From Intoshia linei (taxonomy: Eukaryota; Animalia; Orthonectida), in assembly GCA_001642005.1 (NCBI GenBank), contig LWCA01000237.1, positions 1-37,565 of the forward strand: a DNA stretch of 37,565 nt. Direction: 5' to 3'. A model generated the notes under the pieces. That model saw nothing but the letters and a program-made list of their open reading frames with translations, was not told the DNA's origin and ran no database searches. Numbering within the stretch: position 1 is the stretch's first letter; each line of letters starts with the position of its first letter. The position numbers were made by a program, and so were the translations under genes. Below, piece after piece: positions 14,701 through 25,400 of the stretch.

Positions 14701-16759
14701 TAATCGAACAAGGTTTTCTGATTATCAAATAAATACTCTCAAGTCTTATTTCAATAACAACCCTTATCCAAAAGATGAAAACATTGAAGAATTGTCAGAT
14801 AGATTGGAATTAATGTCACGGGTTATTGTGGTATGGTTCCAAAACGCTAGACAAAAATCACGGAGATCTTCCGCATTTAAAAATGAAACGAACAATGTAC
14901 CGCCTCCTTTTACCGAAGAAAGTGTTAATTTGAAAACTGAAAAATTGGAATCGAATTTAAGTATTCCCAGTCAAAATGCAAAAAACTATCTATACAGTTG
15001 CAATAAATGTGATTTGAAATTTACGGAATATCATTTATGGTGCAAACATTTTTTGAATTGTGGCATCACTAATCCAAACCAAAAAGAAGACGTCAAATCT
15101 TTGGTTAAATCCTTAGATTCTTTTGAAAACAGTGATGATAGTGCTGACGTAAAAGATTATAATTTACCCCAAACAAACAAAGAGGAATTGAAGAAAGTCA
15201 AGACTGAAGACATTAAACTTTATAGCGTATCTAATCTTAAAAATTCTGATAAAAATATACCTGAATGTGCTGAAAATGAGCAGATAAGTGATGATGATAA
15301 ATATAGTCAACAAAATGACGATAAAAATTTAAATTATTCTTATTCAAAGCGTTTACGTACTACAATTACATCAACTCAGTTGGAACAGTTGTACTGCGAA
15401 TATGAAAAAGATTCTAATCCTTCTCGTTCAAATATTGACAGAATTTCATATGAAATTGGTTTAAAAAAGAGGGTTGTTCAAGTTTGGTTCCAGAATAACC
15501 GTGCTAGAGAACGAAAAAATAAAAAAATGATTAAACAATTAATATGCCCAATTTGCAAACAAAATTTTGAATTTGAAACAGACTGCTATCTGCACTTGGC
15601 TTCTAATCATGGTCTGACCAGGTCTGATAATGTCGATTTTATAAACAACATTAATTTAAAAAAGTATTTCATTAAAAAGATGCATAATAATAGTGATAAA
15701 TTTGGAAACAATTTTAAGTCTAACGATTATTCCAATGAAATTACATATTCCCCCGAAACCAGAAATAAGGTTAAACCAGACGTTTATATAACTACAGAAA
15801 ATGCACCTTTGGATTTATCAAAGGGAAAAGGTATTTAATTTTTATCTATAGTATTTATATTAATTTTAGATACCAATAAAAAGCCAGTAATTCGGGAAAT
15901 TGACAAGTTTGCTGATTTGCGAAATTTACTGGATAAATCGGCGAATGCGGGAAATCTTATTAAAAATTCGAGTAGAAATATTGTTAATCACAATGAATAT
16001 AATGATACTTCCAATCTTACCTACGAAAATAATAAAATTGATAAAACCATCAGTAATTTTAACGAACTAAAGTATCAAATTAAAAATGATGAAAATTCAT
16101 ACGAATTACCTTCAGATGTGCTGAAAAAAGATGAAAACTCATCTACAATGGAAGCGGTTGATTTCAAAGCCAAACGCTTTAGAACACACATGGGAAATGG
16201 ACAAATTTATATTATGAAATCAATTTTCAACATTTACAAAACTCCCAATGCTATTGAATGCATTGAATTGGGAAATCAAATTAATTTACAGAAAAGAGTT
16301 ATTCAAGTTTGGTTTCAGGTATTGTCATTTTCGTTCAATCAATTTAATTTACTGTTTAGAATGCCCGCGCAAAGTCAAGAAAATGTAAAACGAATGGAGA
16401 TAGAGGTAGAAGTAGTTCTTGGATGAGCAATGATTCTACGGCCAAAGAAAAAGTGGAAATGTTTTACAAGGGTTTTTGTATTGATTGTAAAACTAGCTTT
16501 AACAATAGCTGTAATGCCATTTCTCACATATTTAGCACCCAGCATATAAATTCTCTCAAATTTAAATTTTGCAAGTATGAAAGTGCCAAAAATAACCAAA
16601 CTATTAAAAAGAATGATAATTGTACATATTCATTTTTTCATATTTAATTGTTTTTAGACACCACCCCTTCAACTCCATTGAAAGTAGATAATCCTAATAT
16701 TGTAGTCAGGTTTATTTTAATTTTATCAATACTTATTGTATTTTAGATCGACTCAATAG
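8772..16759 (+). CDS. ZFHX3: Zinc finger homeobox protein, ZFHX3/ZFHX4/zfh2 family (~2423 aa, 6 coding exons)
   Basis: Exons 8772-11136, 11700-15830, 15870-16318, 16360-16621, 16658-16709, 16747-16759 join in frame through GT-AG introns (7272 nt). Family motifs [25 protein letters not shown] and [22 protein letters not shown]. Four homeodomains: [41 protein letters not shown]|NARAKSRK. Many C2H2 fingers and a PLDLS CtBP motif. The last two small exons are less certain; the gene is probably co-orthologous to ZFHX2/3/4. Confidence 0.95.
11205..11313 (+). repeat. 109-bp dispersed intronic repeat, copy 1
   Basis: ATTAAAATTTGGAAGATATATGCTAATTTTGCA...AAACAATGTT; about 5 substitutions versus 18343-18451. 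Lies in ZFHX intron 1. Confidence 0.9.
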
Positions 16760-16959
16760 TTTAAATTAATGTGTAATTAATAAATGTTAATAAATTTTTC
16801 AAAAATTATTAACAATTCTTCTTTATATAATGTTAACTTATATAATATGCTACGCGATTTTTGTTTGTGTCTTTTACTTTAATGAAATAAATAGCACTTA
16901 GAATTTTTTAAAGACCACATTTCAATTACAGTTTTTTCCGGGAACGTATAATAAGATAA

Positions 16960-17635
16960 ATTTCAACCTCCCAATTTCACATCTTAAGGTTCAAAAACCC
17001 CTGTTGTCCCTCCTTTTGAAAATTAAACGAGTTGGAGAATTTAAAAAAATATACACGCTGATGCTGATTTTAAAATCATAAACATTATCATAAATTTAAA
17101 TTTAAAAAAACTATATCTTTAGGACCAAAACCACAAATTACCCTTCCTTTTTTTTGAAAACAGCCCTAGAATTTTAAAAATATTTACAGGTGGTAGAGTT
17201 GTATCATGTTAACACACATAAAAAATTTCAATCCGAATAAGTGATGATTTCACGGTCAAAAAAGCATTTTAGTATTCATATATTTTTTTTCTGAAACATT
17301 TCATTAAAAGAATAAATTTGAAATAATTAACAGTCCGAAAATTAAAAAAAAGGATTATTCTGATAGAGCTTATTCCGGTTGATATAAATACAAAATTTCA
17401 ACCTCAGAAATCTACGCATTCCCGGTGAAAAATAATTTTTAATATATTATCAACCAATATTTTTTAAATATTTTAATTAAAAATGAAAATATTGATCCTA
17501 CAATTTCAAAAAAAATGTGGATTGTACGTCTACACATTTCTAATAAAGACATATGGGTGAAAATCTACATAATTCATTCCTTCGGAATGATTTTTCATTG
17601 CTACGCAATTTTTAAATTTCAAATTTTCATTTTCC
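16960..17635 (+). repeat. Dispersed ~700-bp non-coding repeat (probable non-autonomous DNA transposon), copy 1
   Basis: About 16966-17285 is the reverse complement of about 27115-27434, and about 17354-17635 of about 26290-26555. Recurrent internal AAATTTCAA(C/T)C motifs; no ORF. Confidence 0.85.
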
Positions 17636-18342
17636 AAACATTTTTAACAACATCTACGGCAACGAATTGATAAAAGTTTTGATACTAACTTAATTTGATA
17701 ATGCTCAATAAAAAGTAATATTTATAAGAAAAAAGGCCAAAAGTATGGACACATTTTTAACATCAATCATTTTTATATTACAATCCTTTGTACTAATGGT
17801 AAAATTCGACGGAAATATTTATAAACTGGAGATTCAATTAGTTATTGATACACAATTGGTATTTTCAAGTATTTATTAAATTTGTACTGAATATATGTCA
17901 TCACATTAAAAAAGACAAAATAAGTTTTATTATTTATTTAATTTTAACTTTAATTAAAACTGCCAAGCTAGTACAGTATAATTATACGGTCGTTTTTTTT
18001 CATCAAAATTTTCTGCTAATAGAAATTTTAACATGTCAAATTCATCAAGGTGAATTGCTTCAAACATGACTCACATTAGTTTTCCAATTAGAGAGAAATC
18101 CGACTAATGTTTTCAACTGCGCTCAATCGAAATTATTTATCAATTATTTTATGAAAATTAAATTGATTTAAGGCCCAGTGTTAAGACGTCTGATAATATA
18201 TGTCATGTCATATCTTACAAATAATATACACATTTTATCATTTAAATTGCTATAAAATTAAATTAGTCTAATAATTAGATGTGCATTCAGTTCATTATTT
18301 TCTTATATTAATATAAATTGGTAGAGTTAATTGGTAATTTTT

Positions 18343-18451
18343 ATTAAAATTTGGAAGATATATGCTAATTTTGCAAATAATGAATACAATTTGTAGTTTA
18401 AGTCTAATTCCAGAAATATAAAATGATGAATTTTAGAAAAAAAACAATGTT
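18343..18451 (+). repeat. 109-bp dispersed intronic repeat, copy 2
   Basis: Near-identical to 11205-11313 and in the same orientation; ends 19 nt before the TTTTCTAG acceptor at 18470. Confidence 0.9.
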
Positions 18452-18470
18452 ACTTTTATAAATTTTCTAG

Positions 18471-18724
18471 GGTGTTCGGTGAACACCTTGTACACTATGA
18501 CGCTACGCCACTGTTTATATTATAATTTACAGAAATTAGCTAAAGATATTATTATCGTTGGAGTTACGCTAAGAACAGTTGGATTTTTCCTTATACTCAT
18601 AGCTAGTCTTACATATAAATCACCAAAACAATATAGAATTGAATCTGATTCAACTGACTCAATCGACACTAATCAAGAAAATGTAATTAAAAAGAATAAA
18701 TTAAATTATTTCTCAGTATATTAA
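18471..18724 (+). pseudogene. Orphan C-terminal exon resembling an organic anion transporter (OATP/SLCO, last TM helix)
   Basis: After a TAG acceptor the frame reads HCLYYNLQKLAKDIIIVGVTLRTVGFFLILIASLTYKSPK, fitting the recalled SLCO4-type C-x-x-Y...TM12...YK pattern. No intact upstream exons could be joined. Confidence 0.4.
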
Positions 18725-18983
18725 TTAAATTTGTTAAACATTTCACCATTTTTCGAAAACTTTAAATATAGACTTTTCTAATATATAATTGTGTAGCTGG
18801 TACTCTTCTGATTAGAACGATGTGGATCCCTGTATCTGGTCAGATAGACGTCTCGAGATATTGTGTTTTTCATAAACTACGAATAATTTAAATACAGTTG
18901 TTTCTGTTTTATGTTACATGAAGGGACAGTTTTTGATCACGTTTCTACTATACTGTAATTGTAAACCACGAATGGCGATAATG

Positions 18984-19140
18984 TCGTACTAAAAGTAGTA
19001 CTTTTATTACTTAGAAAAAAAATGTTTTTGATTAATTTTTGATTAGAAAAATAAACATTTCAGTTTATAAGTTTATTTACTACGACAAAGTACGACTTTA
19101 GTAAAGTAGTATCTAAAAAGTCGTACTTCTGGTCGCACTA
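18984..19140. mobile_element. DNA transposon end with repeated GTCGTAC/TACGAC subterminal motifs
   Basis: Several GTCGTACT/TACGAC motifs ending in TGGTCGCACTA, a hAT-like TAG terminus on the minus strand. No partner end found. Confidence 0.35.
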
Positions 19141-19475
19141 GATAATGGTATCATATGAAATGTGTTTAAATGCTGTCACAATATCATAACGCCGTGATTA
19201 CTTTCAAATAAAAATATTTATGAATGATTTACAGTGAAACCTATCTACCGTGGAGCGTAAAACGTTGAACAAAATCGACAGTATATACAAAATAGATAAT
19301 TAAATATAATAATATTTTTAATTATTAGATAAACGTTTGAATAATTTTAAAGAAAGAAAGCCATTTCGATTAAATTAGTATTAATAAATTGTACCACGTG
19401 TTAGTAATATGTTAAAGGAATTAAAAACTCTAGACTTATTTTTTTATTACATATGTACAGTGTATAGTGTACACT

Positions 19476-22400
19476 TCAATTTTGTTCATTTTCATCTTTT
19501 TCTACAATTTTATTCCAATCAAGTATGTTACTATTACAACATTCCAACCAAATTTCAGTGTTTAACCCTACAATTGAAAAAATTATAATATTAATTAATA
19601 TAATTTATAAAGTAAATATTTATTTATTGTGTATATAATTATTTATTATTAAAGAAAGTGTAGTAACATTATTTTATCATAGTACAAGTTTCTCTCCAAC
19701 TTGCCATTCATTTTTTTGAAAACATTATTTTATTAACAGAGGCATCAATGTATGAAAACATTTTTATACAAATTAATACTATTGAATTTTGTAACTGATT
19801 AAATTTCCTCGATTTCGCCAAATTCTCTACTATGAAAAAAGTACATGTCCAATATTGGAGAACTAAAACGAGAATACTTTATGTCAAAAATCTGGTACAC
19901 TATATTTATATGCCACTATTTTTGCAAAAAATAAATATTTTTAAGTTTAATTTATTGTTATTCACAATTTTTATGGTTTAACGTTTTTTACCTCACCACA
20001 TTTTTGGAAATCCCAAAAATAGCTAGTTGCAGGGAAATTACCGTATTTTATTATTGTCGTGATTAAAGTTTATATAATTTTATTAATTAATTATTGATAA
20101 TGTAAATCTTTTCATACATCTACATTTACTGTATTTACATTTTAATCAATTATCTCATAATACATTTATTAATACATCTACATGTATTAATAATTAGTCT
20201 CAAAATTTAAAATATTACAATTTACATTCGTTTTTTTTTCTATAAAAGTTGCATTTCTTGAGATACCTTCATTTACGTCTTCTTTAAAATCAATTAAACT
20301 ATTACTTTTAGAAATTGCAACTTCGACATAATATTGTTGCAAAATCTTCTTCAACATTTTATCCAATAGTTCAAAACATGGTTTTACAATATTCGTTACA
20401 AAACCTGTAATAATAGAATAGAATAAACGGTCCATAGAACCGTAAATTAATTAAAACAAAACTTAACAAAATTATGATGAAATTTTTTAGATAATTATTT
20501 TATTTATTACCTATTTGTGATTTGGCAATGTTGCATCTGAATTCATTACATAATGGAGAAATGGGTATATTTAATTCCTTTTCCTTTTCTCCCTATAATT
20601 TTACATATTAACTAATTTTCTATTTTTCTATGACATAAATACATTAACTATCTCTGTTAAAAGAGGTAAGGAGGTTATGTTAATTCCTCTTCTGTATCTT
20701 CAATACTTTCAATGTCACCTGGGTCACTTAGTTTATTCGATAAAAACGAGTCTAATTTATATTCTGTACTCTCAAACCATTTACACAATAGCTGTATTTT
20801 TACCTGATTAAAAAATTCCTTGGTTAGCATTATACTCCATTTACTGTGATATTTCCAAATTTTCGCAGGATTACTATGAAATATTTAATTAATGAAATTA
20901 TATTTACCAGTTACCTGATATCCGCCGCATGTAAAATCATTGATAGCGCCTTGACAGTTGTTATTCTTAAAATAGATAATAACTACATGCTGATACTAAT
21001 CATGTAATACTAAATAATAATGTACATTGTAAATTAGCAGGAGCGGATTCAAGAAGCTAGTTAATGGGGTGCGAGCGAAGCGAGCAATGTATTTAACTTT
21101 TCCGAAGGCGAAAATTTTTTTAAAGGCGTCTCTTTTAATTTCATTTAAAGGTTGTTATACAATAGTTTCCAAATTTATATTTTTTCGTAAAAATAAAAAA
21201 ATGATCAGCACAAAAAAAAAGAGAAATTAATTTTGTTCATTAAATAATCCTAAATCAATTAGGTTCAATCTTCTTGGTTATAGTATTGTATCTTCATTAA
21301 CCAACATTAATTAAAAATTTAGGGTACAACTGCACCCTCTTGAATCCGCCCCTGATTAGGGTGTTACATTTTTTCGAAAATTTTAGAATTCGATGGGCAA
21401 TTAGCACTAAAAGTGTGCATTTTTACAATAGAAAAACTAATTCGCAATCCAAAACATTTAACGCTATCTATTCGAGTTGCGTTTGTCATTTTAAATATCA
21501 CTTTAAAAATATTATGAATAAATAAAAACTGAACTTTATTTTAACGGAAATTGGCGTTTGAGCTTTTAAACGTAATACCGACTTTATAATATTGTTCTCC
21601 CTATTTAGTTATACAGTTTATTTTTTTAAACTTATTTCTAGCTCAATTTTTTTGTACTTTATTAACGATTTAATTTCTCAAATTCTGGCAATTTACATTA
21701 TTTAAATTGTATTCACTGCATAATATGCATTGCACATAATTTAGCAAAAATCCAAAACATTAAGCTAGAAACAAATTTACTTATTTCTTTACTTTATGGA
21801 TAGATAAAATTTATATATACAAAGTAATGTACACACTGTGTCAATTTATTAGGCAAATCTAAAAAATTAAAAAATTCGTTCCAAAGAGTGGATTACAACT
21901 TGTAAGTTGTAAATAGATTTAATGTTTATATTTAATAAAGTTAATCATACTTTTCAATTGACAAATGAATGATTTAACGCTACTTTTAATTTTGTCTTGA
22001 TTATTCTATCAATTTACAATTGGGATGATTTAAATGGAATATAAATTTTGCATCTACACACTGTCAATTTATTAGGCAAATCTAAAAAATTAAAAAATTC
22101 GTTCCAAAGAGTGAACTAAATTCTTAAATTTTTTTTGGGGAGTGTGCACAATAGTTTACAACAATATTTAAAATGCAAACAAAAAAAATCTAATACAATT
22201 AAAATTGAAATAATTGAATGTATATAAATATTAGTTAATACAAGTGTGTCAAAATATTAGGCAAATGTAATGAACATAGATGAATGAAGTAGCATTTATC
22301 ATTAAAAATTAGTTCTAATATTTAATATAATTGCCATGAACTTGTAACAGACAGAATCGGTCAATCTCTTGACACGTTCTGGTATAATTGATTTAGACAC

Positions 22401-25400
22401 TTCTTTAATAGCATTCCATAGGTCATCAAAGGAGTTATACTGAGTCCCAGCCGAATATAATTTTCTAAATGATTAATATAAATAATTATTAAAGTAATTT
22501 CAATATATTACATTTTTATCATGCTCCAGTAATTTTCTATTGGGTTTAAATCGGGACTGTTAGGGGGCCAATTCATCAATTTTTCTCCGCTAATGCAATT
22601 TTCTGAAAGAAATGTTCTAGTAAATAACAATGCATGTGAAGGTACATTTTCATGCATAAATATGCACTTGTTTCTAAAAATTTCGGTTTTCGAATTTATC
22701 CATGGATAGTAATTTTCCAACTAAAATTCCGTGTAACTAAACATAAAAATTGAAACATGCTAAAATAATAAGTATTACAATTTATAATTTATTTTCACGC
22801 CACTGGGAACACGATATGGTCCTAATACCTGATTTCCAATGATTCCTGCCATAAACATAACACCTCCACCCCTTGTTGGCGACGCACCCTTTAAGGTGTT
22901 TCAACAGTATTCAGTACCCAACCTCTTGACCATCCATCCGGTCCATCTAACCTTGCACGACACTCGTCAGTGAACAACACTGTTTCAAAATTTGTTTTTA
23001 AGTAAATTGTTGCCCACTTTATACGTTTTTCCTTATGTATCGGTTTTAAAATCAGTCTTTTAAGAGCTTTTTTCACCGAAGCTATAGATTTTAGATCTCT
23101 AAATCGAGTATTTTTAGACACATTTTCGTATGTTACAGGCTGAAAATATACCGACAATACTGACCGATAACCGACAATACTATTTTCGCATCTTTTCGTC
23201 ATGCTTCGACGTGTAAAACCGGTGGTAACCATGTAAAATAGTTTGAACTGATGTTTATTCGTTCCTAATTTTGTTCAGAATTTTGTAAAACTTTGATTAA
23301 AGCCTGCGGATCAAGCAGGTCATTTTAGTTGATTTTAAAAACGACATAGTGAATATATTGCTTAAGAGCACGAATTTTCACTACGCGCAATTAAAATTCA
23401 GATGTGTGTGGCACCCTAACGTCCACATTTCGATTTTACGGTTATTTTGGATAGATTATTAATCCATTTTTTTATAGTGCGATGATCACGCTTTAAACAC
23501 TTGGAAATTTGAAGAGTTGTCTTCCCTCTTGCTAATAAAGCCGTTATTTGGCTTTTTTCGTCCATTTTTAAATCGTTTTTTTGTCCCATTATAAATTTGC
23601 TTAATAATTTGACACACTAAATTATGCAAGAAAACGATAATAAGTAGATAAAAAGTTTTTTTGCATATTAACTATTTATTTTTTAATGAATAATATTAGC
23701 ATCTGTTACAAGTCACCGAATTACAAAAAAAATAAATATTTTGGCTGATCTTGAGTGTATTACATAGCTTTATATGATTTTCCTAAAAATTTGACACAGT
23801 GTGTATATGATTGCCCATTAAGCAACCATTTATTTTGAAAACTTCAAATTTTCAGTGAAATTTTAAATTAAATTAAAATCGAATGTATCAATAAATAATC
23901 GGAATTCGATTATTCACAAATAGATGTGTACATTTTTCTAGAATGTGTATTTCACATTCACGTTAACACTAATTTTTATTAGAAGAGTATACTCATCCTT
24001 AGATTCCACCATTTCTGTAATATTCTTGATATATTGAAAATGAAATGCCATATCTGTTGCCAACACCAATGTTATTGTTAATGATCGAAATTTTCTAATA
24101 TTGTATTAAACGAAATTCATGTTACGTAATATTTATATAAAAATATACAGATAAATCTGTAGTACTTATAATTACATTTATTACAATAGACCAGGGGTGC
24201 ACAACCTGTGTCCTTACGGCCGCAGGTTGCTGTGGGTAATCCGTGTCATCATAATGAAATATATCATTTTACTTCAAGTTCAAGGGAAATATTTTTATCA
24301 AAATGTTACATTTTTGACTTTACCCACTTTCTAAAAATGGACTTAAACTTTCTCAATGTCAAATTAATTTTTGTGTGGTCGAAGTATCAATGAGTAAAGT
24401 AGCTTTGCGGCTGAATTGATGGAAAGGTTGTGTACCCCTGTAATAGACCAAGTGATTCCACCAGTTTTTTTGAGGTTTTATTCAAACGGATTGTTTAAAC
24501 TGTAAATAAAATAGAAAATATTTCCACAGTTTCACTATAACATTCAACACCAAAAACATTAATGTTTCAACTCCAGTAAATGCACCTCCATCAAGAGTGA
24601 TGTATTTTTAAATTCAACTAATATTAAATTACCTATACTGCTCATCAGTCATATTGGAAAGAATATTACAATCTTTGTCCTGCAAAATTTTAAATGCGCT
24701 AGCAATATGATGATTTTCCAATACGGATACATCATTGTACAATATAGCTAAGTCGGATCTATAGATTAAAATTAATATATGGAGTAAAAAAAGAAACACC
24801 ATGAAGGATACACAACTGTAACCGGAGGTAACCAGATAACGTAATTACCCACTATAATACACTATCCGATATTTTATTGATACTGTCATTATTAACGCAC
24901 CCTTGAATACATTATAAGTTAAAATATATGTCATCAAATACAAAATACAAATTTTAAAAAATTGAAAATACAATTTGTTGTGAACATTAAGTACATCTAT
25001 ATACGAGTACGGTAACCCAATTAAGAAATTATCTTAAATACTGATAAAATTGTATTATTTAACCGTGTTGAAACATGGAAAGCATTATTTGTTCCTGTGT
25101 GTTCATGATCATGTATAATTGCAGAAAAAATCAATGCAAAAATGTCAATTGATGAAAGATGAATCTAAATTATAATAGAATGTTATTGATTTTAAATAAA
25201 ATACAGAATAATTTGAATAGTAAGTAATAATGCTGTACACAGTTTGTGTCACATCAGATGCATGAATACTGTTGTGATAAGGGTTATTATGTTTTGAGTA
25301 ACCTTCTTGTATTTTATTTATAAAGTTATCAAATACAATGAGAGGAATCTATATTTTATTTTAGAGCATAAATAAACATAATTAAAATAATAAAACATCA

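Larger units (their letters stand above)
21832..23803 (-). mobile_element. Tc1/mariner-superfamily transposon, DD37E (TRT-like), decayed, with IR/DR-type ends
   Basis: TA|CACACTGTGTCAATTTATTAGGCAAATC ... GATTTTCCTAAAAATTTGACACAGTGTG|TA. Inner repeats of the terminal motif near 22243-22266 and 23595-23618. Confidence 0.92.

Noticed and set aside
10841-16599. Many small antisense or alternate-frame ORFs overlapping ZFHX
   Set aside because: Shadow ORFs of a long AT-rich CDS with no independent motifs.
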